Of a stretch of DNA of 64,000 nt, positions 33,597 to 46,800 are shown in pieces. This DNA comes from Macrostomum lignano (Eukaryota), in contig NIVC01001210.1 in assembly GCA_002269645.1 (NCBI GenBank), forward strand, positions 124,001-188,000. Reading direction: 5' to 3'. Position 1 is the stretch's first letter. Each line of letters starts with the position of its first letter. A program made the translations under genes and the position numbers. Below the pieces are notes generated by a model that had not been told where the DNA came from, did no database searches, and worked only from the letters and a program-made list of their open reading frames with translations.

Positions 33597-35555
33597 TCAG
33601 TCCTTCGGTTCGATGGCCCTCACCAGGCAGCAGGCCACGATGATGCAGAATAGCTGCAATGGGATTTTTATTGGCTCATTTTGATCATAAATTCTCATTA
33701 AGTCTTGTAGAAGTATTTCAATCAAGGATCTTCCGAACCTTCTGAGCTTTACGAGAGTAGGAACGCATGTAATAATGATGTTTATGCGTTGCGGAAATTA
33801 TTTATTGAAAGCAAAAGACTACAAATTCGCATGCCTGTGACGTATAGAGTTAAATAACAAATGACTCACCTCAAACACGGCGATGCCAGCGCAGACGCCA
33901 ATTAGTGGCCCGGCAAACTTGCCGATGAAATCCATGATGCCACTGTAGCAAGTCTGTAATTCAGTTGGGGGGATTTTCCAGTATTGTCATTCCTAAAGAA
34001 TGACGCTCTCGCTTGACACACGGAGAGCAGTAGGTTCATATAGAACAAACTTACCTTAGTGTGCTGCGTGGTGCCAGTAAAGGGGCAGCTGGGATCCACT
34101 AGAGTACCATTGAGTTTGGAAACCCAATTATAGCCTGGGGCAGCGGCTGCAGTCTTTTGATCCTGGCGAATCTGGCAGCAGGTGATGGGCGTTTGAAGCT
34201 CGCGGCCCTCCCAGCTGCGGTTGGACAGGAGCCAGCTGCTGCTGTTGGCAATGTCGCCTGGCTTTTTGGCTCCGCAGCAGTCGAACTGAAGCAATTTTGC
34301 AGAGAATGTCATAGCCAGCAGTTTAATAGAATACTGACAGAAGGCCTAAACCTTTTGACAGGACACCAATAAACAATCAAACAAATTAATTCTTGACAAT
34401 GGAACTCTCGATTCGTACAAAGCGATGGCTAAAACGCTGAGACACACCGTCCAGCTCCCTCTCTTGGTCTCCCAGGGGATAAAGGGGATAATTGGTATCC
34501 AGTGAAGTCCGTTTGGTCCAAAGCTTTACTTTGGGCCCTCTTTAGAGCCATAAGTTGACACCCTCTTTGTGGTATTTTAACATTTCAGCATAATTTATCG
34601 TATAAAGTTCCCACCCTGCAATAGATGCGCAGAAAAGCTCACCGACATCTGCAGATAGTTGATCAGGGTTGTAACAGTTTTATTATTATCGCTAGTTGAG
34701 TCGCTTAGGTAGTCGGTCATAGCTACGAACATCTTCTCCTGCAGGCCGTACATGCCGTCTTCGGCGGCGGTGCGGATGCGAGCCTGGTACACTGCAGCCA
34801 GAATGGCAGCGGTGACCTCCACAGCCAGCACCAGGCCGACCAGGAAGGCGTACTGCGGACGGTTGGCGGGAACGTAATCGCATCGAAGTACCATAATATG
34901 TCGCTATGTTAGTTGAGTCTAGGTAAGCTTTCAACAGTAGAAAACGTATAAGATCAAAATAATCTACTTAAGTACTGATGGTATATTCATTCAAGGATTG
35001 ACACCTACTACATGTTTACAGTCGTAAAATATACTAGCTATATAGAGCACGACTAAGAGCTGTGAGCGCGAAAGGTGTTGGTTAGAAACTGTCAGAGTTT
35101 TCAATAGTGGGATGTCAATTATGTGAGTGCTAAATGTCCTGCGACGCGAAAGCGAACCATGTGCCCTTTTATCCCACCGGCTAAACCAACGTAAAATTTA
35201 AGAGCTCTGAGCCGTACAAAACCAGCAAACAAACCCTCACCATTCCCAGCAGGCACTTGGACTCTTTGACGGCGCCGCAGCAGCCGCAGAAGCCCACGAC
35301 TAGCGTGAAAGCGCCGATCCCGATGAGAATGAATCCGGCCACCGTGACCAGGCCATTCTGATTGGCTACCGAGTCTATCTGGCCCTTGTTGTCGCCCTGA
35401 TCCACTCGGGCATCGATTAGATTGATGACTCGAAAAAGGTCGCTCTTGTTGACGGCAACCCATATTCCCACGCCGACGCTGGCGGCTCCCAGCAGGAAGA
35501 AGACAATATTGAAGATGAAGAGAATCATCTTCGCTAGAGACGTGCTGCAGCTCAT
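33597..35555 (-). CDS. Tetraspanin A, canonical; 5 exons (35555-35241, 34852-34643, 34285-34055, 33953-33870, 33653-33597), 298 aa
   Basis: N-terminal MSCSTSLAKMILFIFN, GFCGCCGAVKESKCLL, FDCCG, TPITCC and a C-terminal ACCL. Total 897 nt, all phases consistent. Confidence 0.93.
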
Positions 35556-38500
35556 GACTCTTGGCTTGTTTTTTGATATGTTGCTGCTGAAATATGATTT
35601 TTTAGTACATTTTGAGGGCTTGAGTCAGTGGAGACGCATCTTTATCTATGTAATTTAACGTACGTATACTTACATGCCTAAAAGTCGGTTTCCTGGGAAA
35701 TCGAATGTGTTTTCGTGTCCTTTTGACTTCCTGTGTTAGAATCTGTCCGGCGAATGTCGAGTTGAAATGCCAGAAATTTTTCTATCAAGCCTAACAAAGC
35801 ATTAGGCAAGAGAAGAGAGTTTCTGTTTTTTTAGAGACGCGTAAGAAGAGAGAGAGCTAGGAGGGGCAAAATCTCCCGATCGATATAGCCGTTACCTGGG
35901 AAACTCGTCCTTCGCCCATCGTTTAGAAAGCGGCAATGCTCCCTAGGCGTACAGCCGGGTGCAGAGGGACAGTGATGGAGAGCGATCCTGTGAGTGAGAG
36001 AAAAAGGGAATGGAGAGTTTCGTCTTCCGCTTTGAGGAGAGAAACGGCAGAAGAGTACACATAGTGGAGAGAGGATTTTCTGATGAGCACTAATTATCTC
36101 GTCCCTTTTTCTATCTCTAATCCAAGGACCTCCACGACCCGCGATCCTGCTCGCCCCTAGTGGTACTGCAAAGGGACAGAGAGACGAGCTGGCTCGTGCA
36201 TCGGTTTTTTGTTTTTTGCAACCTGCAAGCCGCCGCTTCCCTTGCCATCCCATTCTTTCTGTTAACTCAATAGCGCATGGCAAGCAATGATCCCTTCTTC
36301 TCTCAGCGGCCGCAAAGCCATGTCCCTGTCGCTGCCTCCGCCTGGCTAATTTTAGAAACAACCAAGCAGCCACTCCTCGGGCGCATTACCTTACTTGACC
36401 CATATGCTAATCCGCCAATCCCATCTCTTTCCAGCCTTCCCCAGGCTTTTCATTCGACTTAGAATCCGTTGACATTTCGAGTCTTTCAGAAAAGCACTAC
36501 AGAAAATTTTGCGTTAGAGATGGCTGATTTCTCACATGTTTTACTTGGATTGCATGTCATGTTCTGCTGATAGCTTAGAACTGTCTTGGTTACCTATTTA
36601 GCTCCATTGTTAAGATTAAATTGTTTTATAAAATATGAAAAATCGAATGCTTAGTTGTTAAAACTGGTGGTTCGTTTAGTTTCAATGAATTACATTAATT
36701 AGTGCAATGCGTTTGTGCCCACTCCGGCAGCAACTGCTCACAGCGTAGCTGCACTCAACCCTGATAATGACAAATTTAATGAGTGCTTAAGTGCCTCTAA
36801 AAATTAGTCGAGTTAATTAGTTAACGATTCATTTCCCAGTAGCAGCTCTGCAAGCAAGATCATGAAGAGTTTGCTTTAGCACACAAGAGAGAGAGGGAAA
36901 GAAAAGAGAGAGAGAAAATTAAGTAATAGTGTCTAAACGCACGAACTCCCACTTCCAGACCTCAAGCCTGGGAACAAAATTCAGTGATCACCTACTGGTG
37001 CGGGCTCCTCTTCTTTGTCGTGCAGGTCTGTAGAACTCGTAGTCTTCTTCCGGAGTTGTCTTCTTGAATTCAGAAAATCGTAAAAATTTAATCCGTCGAC
37101 GTCGAAAGTATTCCTCGAGTGCAGAAATCAGAAATGCGCCCTAATAACAAAATCAACTCTATAACAATGACGAGGTCCTCCATAAAGGGCGTCTTCTTCT
37201 ATAGAAATAACGGAATCGGAGTCGTGTGCTCCTAACGGTTACTCTAGGGTACCAAAATCAATCAAATCGATAATCCTCTAAGAGTATCGAAATCGGTCCG
37301 CAGATCCTATCCTATCCCTTAAGAAAAGGGAGGCCTCAAATTCAATGAACTCAGTAAAATCAACTGATCAGTAACAGCCGGCAAAAAAATCACTCTCAAA
37401 AATAAAATAACAAAGACTCGAACAAAGGCTTACCAATCGGTATTTGTTTCCCACAGAGATATAGCCTCGCTCCGCTGCTCTGGCAAAACTCAAGATCTTG
37501 TGAGGCTGCTCCAATTCTGGGATTTCAGCTCGGATTTTTCGCTTGTATTTATACACAATTTGAGTCGACCTCGAGCTCAAACTGGTTTTTATGAATTCAC
37601 GAAAGGAATTTTTATTATTTGACAGGTGGGGTTTTTTAATGGAAACAGTGAAACTTAGGTAAATTTCAGGTTAAAGTTTGCTGTATTTGGGAGTTCTAAA
37701 ATTAAATGTTGTGAACCGGTTTTTCGCACAATGAAATTGTCATTTGCTGCTTTCGTGATACTAATAAGAATAGGTTATGATCGCGGGACATAATTTTGTT
37801 TTTTTCGCATTTTATCTCACTACTTCTAGTAGTCTGTTTGTACTGTATTTTGGAGATTTCTAGACTCACCCCGACTCCCTCCCATTCAGAGTTTCTGCGT
37901 CTATGGCAGACAGACTTCCTACCCCAGCACCCCTTTTATCTCCAGCAGTCGGCAGTAGAGCTTCCGCAAAAATTGTTCAGCTGGAAATTAAACTTGGATA
38001 AAAAACGTACGAGTGTATGGAATTGAACTACGATTTGGTTTTAGAATTACACGACTTTTATTTGATGTAACAATCTTAGATGCAGCACAGAAAACAACAA
38101 CATAGCAAGATAGAAAGCAGCATCGTTACAAAGTAGAGAGAAAATAACATGAAAATAAATGACAAGGCTGCTAATCATGTGAAAAAAAAACAGTGTCAAG
38201 TAGCCTCTTCCATCATACTCCAGCAGCATGTGATTTTGGTTTTGGGCCTCGTGCCATGGTCTGAAGCATATGTGTTAACATCTGTTGTTGTCTCTTTTTA
38301 TTGGGTCGTTTATTTACCCGGCCAAATAAAAGAAATGGACGTTAGGATAGACTTATTTTGATCGAGTGTCCAAGTGGAGAATAAATAGCAGACTATGTAC
38401 ATACAGCTATACATCAATACAAATATAAATTGCCGTTTAAAAATAAAACTATTATGAAGCAGGGACTTCTTGAGCACTCTGCAGGACTGGAAACTCACAA

Positions 38501-39114
38501 TCACGCATGGTAAAGGGTTAATTGTTAAGGTGGATTAGAGGCGATTCCTAAGGTGAATTTGGGGTACTTGGGATGAAGCTTTTTCACCATGATTTGCGAG
38601 TTTCCCGTCCTGGGTGATTAAGACACTCAGGCTGATTAAGAAGGCCTTGTTATAAAGCTGAAACTGCTTCATGAACTTAATTTGTGCTGCCGGTGGTCAG
38701 CAAGCAGACTGCAGCTATCTATGGTCAAAAAGTAAAAGCCGCGTTTTTATGACTAGCTGCAGCTGCGAAGTTGGCAAGGTCGCTTCCTGGTAACCTTGTA
38801 CTAAGGATTATAAAATATACTACTGAATGGTAGGTTATGCATTCAAAATGTTTGTTAACAGACCACACCACAGACAGCACAGTTCTGTGGACAGCAGTAC
38901 AACAGTACAACAGAATATTGAATTGTGTTGATGTGTCTTCAAACAACTACCAAACCAAGCATCTATACCAACATCTGTTTATGGTGGTCTCCACTCTGTA
39001 CAGGTGAATTCCTGGTGAGTTGACTCTCTACAGAACGGATTTTTTATTTAAATGTCACTTGCATATCAACAACAACAACAACAAAACACGCTGTCAGGTG
39101 GAAAAATGCAGCGT

Positions 39115-40195
39115 CACAGCGCACGCTTCAGAGCCTGGGGGCGAACAAAGGCCGCACCACCGGCAGAGTCCGGGGCGCCAGCGTCGGCCAGCAGGCAGTC
39201 GACGAAACGCCGAGTTCGGGCCTGGCCGCGCCGGTAGGGTGCCTGCAGCGTTAGCAGCAGCACCTCCTGCACCGGCTGCGGGCAGTAGGACTCGGCGCCT
39301 GCCAGCTGGGACCGATTCCACGAAGCTTAGCAGCTAGCAGTTAGCAGTAGCTCAGCCAACAGTAGCTCTTGATCACGTGACAGAATTGAGGCCATAGATT
39401 GGTTGAGCTACTGCTAACTGCTAGCTGCTAAGCTTCGTGAAATCGGCCCTGGAGTCGCCGAAGTCGCAGCAGTTCACTTGAACGGGCCAGGCCGGTGCGG
39501 CGATAGAGTGCCGCGTTGGTGATCCGCTCGTCGCTGATCATAAAGGCGGCGCGCAGCAGGCCAGCGTGCGCCGCGTTGACTTGCTGTTCGAGCGAATCAA
39601 TCAGCGTCCAGGTCTCGGCGTTGTACAACAGAACGGTCTCGACCACCGCCTGGAACAGCGCCGCCCTCTGGCGGTCAGGTAGGGCCTCGGACTGCAGGAC
39701 CGCCCTCACAGAACGAAAGGCAGCCCAAGCGAGCCCGCGGCGACGCCGCAAATCTTTGCGGACGTCAGGTACCAGACCGCCGAGGTAGACGAATCAACTG
39801 CTGACAGCGCGGAAGCTCCGTTACCTGCCCGCCAGCGCCTCGGTAGAAAATTGCGGCCTCAATGTCGCCCGGCACGCAGAGCATAACGGTCTTCTTCGTG
39901 TTGACCACCAGGCCGACGCTCGCTGCAGCGCTAACCAGCTTGTCCAGCTGGCGCTGGGCGCCCCCTCTACGGTCGAGGACAGCAGGGCGAGGTCATCGGC
40001 GTAGCCAAGCACGCTGAGCCGTTTCTCCGGTTGACGTCGACCCACGCGTCGCCGCAGTAGGAAGCCGTCTTCGTCGGTAGGAAGAGTAGCACCCAGTCAA
40101 GCACCAGGACGAACAGGAACGGCGCTAGAGTGTCCCCCTGGAGCACCCCGGAGGATGTCTCGAAGGAGTCCGACAGGCCGTCCGGCGTCATCACA
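39115..40195 (-). mobile_element. Truncated, frameshifted RTE-like non-LTR retrotransposon (RT and C-terminal fragment)
   Basis: GVLQGDTLAPFLFVLVLDWVL, LGYADDLALL and LLYNAETWTL appear in different frames. The C-terminal part (QLAGAESYCPQPVQEVLL...) continues beyond a nested MITE. Confidence 0.88.
39309..39448. mobile_element. 140-bp palindromic MITE (PIF/Harbinger-like) inserted in the LINE ORF
   Basis: Ends are GGACCGATT and AATCGGCC, with perfect 36-bp inner arms (39319-39354 / 39404-39439). CTG is duplicated at 39306-39308 and 39449-39451. Removing the element restores the reading frame R-L-Q-L-A-G. Confidence 0.82.
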
Positions 40196-40559
40196 TATTA
40201 CACTTAATGATCGAACTGTCGAGGCATCCGTCGCCGTGCATGAAGACATAGCAAGCATACGTGCTAACAGTATTTGTTTACAAGTACATACAACAAATAT
40301 ACATTTATAGCATATTGAAAGAGTTTGAAAGAGTTAAAGTTGAAAAAACTTCATTGTTAAGCTGTGTGATGAAGAGCCACTGTACTGTACGATGCAGATG
40401 TGCTGAGTGCTTAATCCTGTCCCTCCTATCCTTTCTACAGGACTTTAGGATTCGGGGCGGTCTATAGCTGATGACAAAAAATAATATTAGTATATTCCAA
40501 TTAGTCCTGTCCTCGCAAGCACTGTGCTTGCAGACACATCAGGATGCAGCGCCTCATGC

Positions 40560-40730
40560 ATCGCGTCTGGGGCAGCATGACTCTAACAGCTGGAGTCTAC
40601 AGCAGGGTTGCTTGGTCCGGTTAATATTTAACAGGACAGTCTCGATCACGCCTGCATGGAACAACGTACGCGCCGCGCCACCCAGCAGAGTCGATCAGGA
40701 CTACAGGACAGCACCCAGAACGAAACGCAG
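40560..40730 (-). pseudogene. Second, more diverged fragment of the same RTE-like family
   Basis: 40628-40730 aligns loosely, in the same orientation, with 39625-39722. Confidence 0.55.
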
Positions 40731-40823
40731 TCAATTCAAGAAAAGCAATTAGAAAAGTCTTTAAGAAGTATATTGACCTAAATAGCCAAACCGGAACAAC
40801 AATTTTTTTTCTATTGGTACAAG

Positions 40824-41200
40824 CAGGGGCATCGCCATGGATTTTATGATGGGGGGACAAAGCCATGCAAGAATTCAACATGTACATATACATGACTAAA
40901 TTTTGGCACTCATTTTAGCGCCGCAGGCACTCATTTTGGCGCCGCAGGCATTCCTTTTAGCGCCGCAGGCACTCATTTTAGCGCCGCAGGCACTCATTTT
41001 AGATTAGCGCCGCAGGCACTCATTTTGGCGCAGAAGGCGCTATATTTTGTCGCCCTGAAGAAAAATTATTGATTACCACATTCACAACGACTCACAAAGG
41101 TGTGGGGTGGGGGAGACAAAGCATTGGCATGTCCCCCCCAAAGCTTTTACTGGGGGGACGGGGGACATGTCCCCCTGTTCCCCCGGTGGCGACGCGCCTG
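40824..41200. mobile_element. hAT-type MITE with 8-bp TSD and an internal short tandem array (unit about 21 bp)
   Basis: TIRs CAGGGGCATCGCCA and TGGCGACGCGCCTG. GGTACAAG occurs at 40816-40823 and 41201-41208. (TTTTAGCGCCGCAGGCACTCA)n lies at about 40900-41035. Confidence 0.85.
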
Positions 41201-42832
41201 GGTACAAGTATACATGCATGTACATGTATACATGTAGACCTACATGTACAGGTATAGCTAACACGTGTAAACGTAAGAAAATAATGCGACACCTTTATTT
41301 TGAACGTATGCAGGTGTTTTGTCATGAAATGTTTTCAATGGCCTCTCGAAATCGATGTATTGTAATTTTTTCCACCTTGACACCCGATATTTAGTGGGGC
41401 TTATGTTGTCGTGTAACATAAAACAGGATTTATCATTCGTTCTCGATTTTTATATTTCTGCAGTTAAAGTCAAAAGTCTTACAAATGGACGACAGACAGA
41501 CAGATCTTGAACATTTAGTATCGGTTAAATAGCAAATAGTCCAAAAAATTGGTTTATGCCTGTGGCACCACACAATTGCGGGCTAAAACCAGGAGTTGTA
41601 GTCCGGAAAATGATATTTTAAAGAATAAATTTAGTTCTTCTGTTATGTAGCCTTGTACAAAACTGCCTCTAAATTTTTATTATTAATTGATTTGTGTCAT
41701 TTTCTGACAATGTTTGGACAATTTTTTTGTTTTAATCTGTATTCAAAAGAAACCATATTTTTTAAAGATTTTTAAAACCACGCTTTTGCCCCCGGATTGG
41801 TCCTGATTGGCCCCGCTCAGGCGCTCACAACTACTCGCGAGTTACAATTATATCCTTTAACAGTCAAAAGTTACGAAGCTACATACATTGGCAGCAAAAA
41901 CCATTTATCTGTAGTGAAACTCGAAGTTTCTACAATATATTTATAATCTTTCAGTTTTGATTTGCTGCTGCTTTCATTTCATTGTATTATTATTATTATG
42001 CTATGTATTATTTAAAAAAATTAACGCATTGCCATTCAGATGGATTATCAGACTTGTAGTTCCATATCTAGATTAATAAATAGCATTGCTACTAGAATTA
42101 AAAGATGCCAGTAGAAGCTATTTAGTAAAGGGATAGGTGTAGGCTAGAGGACAAATGGCTAAAGATAAATTCAAATTTGGCCTATTTATAAATTCATTTT
42201 TTTATTTTGACTTTTTTAAGCCTCTATTATAACCAATAATTATATTTTGCAAATTAAAAAGCTACTTTAAAATACTGTATATAATCAACTGAATAAGTAA
42301 GCTTATAACCCAAAATCAAATTTACCAGTAATTTATAACAACAACCTCAATAATTAATTATAGTTTGGTAGTTATTACCTTAAAAATTAGTTAAAATTGT
42401 CTACTAAAAAGCATTGTTTTATTATGCTCATATTATTGTGTAATTTAAAAAATAATCATAACTCATACTTTTCTTGAGACCCAGCCTATGGGCTATGGTT
42501 TACATTATTTTTTCTTTATAATAATAAGTTTTGATTTTTATAGGCCTATGTAGAGATTAATATACTTGAAATTCCATTTATAAATTTTATTTATAAATTT
42601 TATTGTAATTTTGTTAATATTTGGTTCAATTGGTTGTATAAATATTCTACAATTATACCTGTTTTTGTTATTTATTTTGTTATTATATATGAATAAATAT
42701 GAATAAACAGGCATTGTATTATAATAATTTTTTAAACTTAAACATATTTCTAATATTTAGATAACTAGTTTTGACTATAATAATAATCTGAATGCAATAT
42801 ATTTTTATCAAATATGACATCCCAATTGCCGC

Positions 42833-43873
42833 ATGGCGTCATTCCAGCAGCCATTCACCATGCAGCTGATCACAGCTGATGGCGTGTCACTGCTGCCAGC
42901 TCACACTATCATTACTAGTGCTCCTGCCGACTTTCTCCGCAAAGATGGCCAACCAATTCAAGTGACAACAACCTCTGGCGGCTATGCTCAGGCAATTGAG
43001 GTCAAGCCTGGCCAAGTCCTGTCTGGCCAAGTACTATCTGGCCAAATTCTGTCTGGCCAGATGCTTCCAAGCCAGATGCTATCTGGCCAAGTCCTGCCTG
43101 GCCAAGTGCTGAGTGGCCAGATGCCTCTGACAGCTGGGTCGCGCGATTTTTTTGGCCAGGCTGGCCAGCACGTGAAGCTGCAAGCTTTGCCGCATTCCTT
43201 CATCATACCGACTGCTCAGCTGCTGCCCCAGCAGAAGGTGGAAGCTCAGCAGCCTGGGGTGCCGCAGCAGCAGGCGGCCCATCATCAGCAGCATCAGCAG
43301 CCGCAGCAGTGGGTCAAGACTGAGCCCGGCGGTGCTGTCGTGGCTGTTCCGATGCCCCAGCAGCAGCTGCAGCAGCAACAGGCTCAGCCAGCCGGAGGCT
43401 TGCCCTGCACCACCTGCGGCAAGATTGTGGCTGACGCGGCTAAGCTCAAGCGGCACATGGCGACGCACACGGCGGAGGCGGCCGCTTCGGCTGGCGCATT
43501 TCCCTGCGAACACTGCGGCAAAGCCTTCGGCTCCAGCTACAGGCTGCGGCGGCACGCCGTCATTCACAGCGACGCCAAGCCGTACACCTGCCCGACCTGC
43601 CACAAGGCCTTCAGCCGGTCCTACAGCCTCACCACCCATATCAAGATCCACAGCGGCACCAAGGACCATCGCTGCAGTTATTGCGACAAGGCCTACGCCA
43701 GGTCCGACCACCTGCGCCGGCACATCCTGCACGCCCACACGCCGGGCGGCGCGCCGGCCACGCATCGGCCGCCGGCGGCCAAGAATTTTATGTGCCCAGT
43801 GTGCGGCAAGGCCTTCTCCGACTCGTCGCACCTGCGCCGGCACATGCGGACCCATCCGGGCCAGACCGTCTGA
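42833..43873 (+). CDS. C2H2 zinc-finger protein with 5 fingers and a Q-rich N-terminal half, 346 aa
   Basis: CTTC..H..H, CEHC, CPTC, CSYC and CPVC fingers with TGE-like linkers (SDAKPY, SGTKDH); single ORF. Confidence 0.92.
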   Translation: MASFQQPFTMQLITADGVSLLPAHTIITSAPADFLRKDGQPIQVTTTSGGYAQAIEVKPGQVLSGQVLSGQILSGQMLPSQMLSGQVLPGQVLSGQMPLTAGSRDFFGQAGQHVKLQALPHSFIIPTAQLLPQQKVEAQQPGVPQQQAAHHQQHQQPQQWVKTEPGGAVVAVPMPQQQLQQQQAQPAGGLPCTTCGKIVADAAKLKRHMATHTAEAAASAGAFPCEHCGKAFGSSYRLRRHAVIHSDAKPYTCPTCHKAFSRSYSLTTHIKIHSGTKDHRCSYCDKAYARSDHLRRHILHAHTPGGAPATHRPPAAKNFMCPVCGKAFSDSSHLRRHMRTHPGQTV

Positions 43874-46800
43874 GACTCAATTGGTCCGCCTGCCGCCCCT
43901 GGTCATCCACCCCGCTTCGAAGTCCAGCGACCCCCCGCCCCCGCCGCCGCTGGGTGAACCGCCTCACCCGCCTCAGCTGCCTCCTCGCCTCCCTTCGACT
44001 TCAACCCCCGCCTCCAGACAGGCATCTACCAATACCGACCCCGCCTGGCCCCGCCAACTCCGGAGTACTACAGAGACTTCGGGAGACGATTTAAACGCGC
44101 GCTGAAAAAAATTATTGAAACTTTCATAAAGACTTGGGATATAAGCTTGTTTTTTTTAAACATTTCTAATGAGCTGAGTATTGAAATCAAATTCGCACGC
44201 AAGAGAGGTGGGGGCAGTTGGGGATGCAACATTTTATCCTTCTGCTTTTTAAAGACCCTGCATTTTCGCCTCCCATCCGCCTCCTCTCAAGCCTCGTGTC
44301 GTGTCCCCACTCGGGTTTTTTCCACAATCCTCCCCCCCCCCCCCTAGCTTTCCACCGTCTCCCCTTCCTTGTCTGGGCCCTCTCCCTCCTCCGGCGCCTT
44401 CCCCTTTTCCATCGCGTTTCCCCCACCCAAAACCCCCCCGTCCGTCTCTCGCCTCTCCTCTTCTCTTCTTTTTCTCTTTTCTGCAACGCAGAAGCTTCCT
44501 CCCCCAGGCCCGCCGCCTCAAGCCGCCCGTCATTCATTCTCCCCTAGCTATAGAACCCGAGGCCTCTCTCTCGGGTCTGGGCTTGCCTGCCTCCGCCCTG
44601 AGGGGTTTGCGCTGTGGAGTGGGGGCTGGCTCGGGCTTCTCTTTAGAACTGCGCCCCCTCGCTCGCTAAAGCCCCCCCCCCCATAGCCAGGCCTCTCTAA
44701 TTTCCTCCTTCAAGCCCGGGGGTTGCTGGCGGAGCGGCCTTCACCCTTTTTTCTAGCCCTACTAAAACCCTACCCTGTCTTGCCTGCCTGCTTTTTCCGT
44801 CTCTCTGCCTACTGTCTCTCTTGCTTAGTTCTGTCGATATGCGCTTCGCCTCTGGGTCTGCCTGCCTGCCCTGCCCGCATTCAATAGTCTAGTAGAAGCC
44901 TGCGTTTGCTTTGCGTGTTCCACGAGCCCCTTTCCTTCCCGCCTTGCCCCACGCTTCTCTCTCTCTTAGGCTCTCCCTCCCTCCGCATGGAACGAATGCA
45001 ATGGCGCAGAACGGCCTATAGCTTTGAAATTGGGGCGGTGGACAGCCGGAGCGGAGGTGGCCCCGCCCTGGGTCGCTGCTCTCTGTCTCCCTGCTGGCAA
45101 GCCTCTCATAGCCTTCCTGCCTCCCTCTCTCTCACTCTGCATTGCTGACGTGCGCGCGTGCGGCCCTGCAGCTTATTTCTGCAGCCTGCCTGGGTTGGTT
45201 GGTGAGGAGTTGGGTGGGTTGTGGCCCAGTTCTAGGAAAGCTATCTCTGTTCTCTCTCCTCCAACTCTGCAGCATAGGGGCGTGTGTTAGTTGTGTTGTG
45301 CTTGTGTAGAAAGAGCGGAATGGAGTGTGGGTGGACCGGTTTTCGGCTCGGGAGGGTGGAGGCCCCGCGCCGCTCTGCAACCCTCCCTCTTCGCAGGCTG
45401 TATCGGGGGCTGAGGCGGGCCGGCCCACGTCACTCACGCCACGGCTGCGCCCCCAAGTAATGCATGGGGTGGAGGGTCGGTAGAATATCTAGGACTTAGG
45501 GGGGCTGACTGTAGGAGAAGAGATGGGGCCGGGAGCCGCCGCCTCTCCCTGGGGGTTGGGGGATGGGAACAGGGGAAGGCCTCCGCCGCGTGACGCAGTT
45601 TTTCATGGGGGGGGGGGATATAACCAGTGTGGCTTCCCCACTCCCGGGAGTCCCCACCTCTGCCTCCTCCCAGTTCTCGTTTTATTTCTTCTTTCGCTGA
45701 TTCGCTTTTGATTGTCCAATATTATTTGATTCTTGCAGTCTGTGCGGGGAGGGCAGGTGGTGGTTGAAGTTTCAAAGTTTCATTAAATTTACTTGCTAAC
45801 AATTGATTACTGTTTCAATTTCATCAGTCACGATTTGGTTGCCAACAGGATGTAACACCTAAGTCTTAAAAAAGTCTGCCCCTATTCAGAGTCTGTCTAT
45901 TCTGTGTTTAAACCAGTTTTTTTAACTTGATCCGAGTTTGTTCTTATCATCAGCTCTGGCTGACACTTCAAACTCAAGTTTGCATGCTGTGTCTGCTTTG
46001 CCATGCGGCAATCATTTTTATTAATAATAAGATCTAATTGATTGCTTTTTTCTCTGATCTAACCCCCCTTCTCACTGCCTGCCTGTCTGTTTAACCTTTG
46101 TTTGAGATTAAAGTACGTTTTTTTAACATTTTCCTTCTAGTTCTGGTGGTTAAATTCTGGTGAGTGCAAGTTCAGGCACTGTAAGTTTGTTTAGCTGTCA
46201 CTTTTTAACGATTGTTATTATTTTTAAACAAATAAAAGACGTTCACATTCTGTCCGTGAGGTGGGGGAGAGGCTCTGCCCTTGTACTTGTTGAAAGTAAA
46301 CAATAATGAGTAAATTTACTATGCAATTTGTCTGTATTGAAATTCTACATTAATTAACTAATATTTATCTAGTTGTATTGGTAATTCTTGTGTCCGTGTC
46401 TATCTTGCAAGCTCTATTGCTTTTTTCATGCAGTTTTTTATATATATAAACATTCTGTCAAAATATGTTTCACACGAAGTGTTTCAACTTGTCTCTCCTG
46501 TCTCCTCGCCTCTGTACAGACTTGCTAATTTACTTTTGATAATTGTAACACCACACTTTAACTATTACTGGAAAATCTGTGTCGCCGCTATCCCAGCTAA
46601 ACTTTGCTTGTACATTGTGCCGGATTACTACTGTTTGCTATGACTCCCATTTAGCCAATAATTTAATGATTCTAGTTGCTTTTCGCTTGTCTGTTGCTTC
46701 AGATTGACACAAAAATCTAATTAATTGGTGAATTTGGTCGTTATTAAACTACTGAAGTTGTTTAGGATAATAAGCAATCTGATATTAAAATCAAGTGGCT

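Noticed and set aside
36900-38950. Several 60-76 aa ORFs upstream of tetraspanin A
   Set aside because: No motif, codon bias or consistent splice chain was found.
41900-42800. Very AT-rich tract considered as a mitochondrial insertion (NUMT) or viral remnant
   Set aside because: I recognised no rRNA, tRNA or protein motif in any frame.
43079-44105. 258-aa (-), 257-aa (+) and 137-aa (+) ORFs overlapping the zinc-finger gene
   Set aside because: These are shadow frames caused by high GC3 codon usage and have no recognisable motifs.
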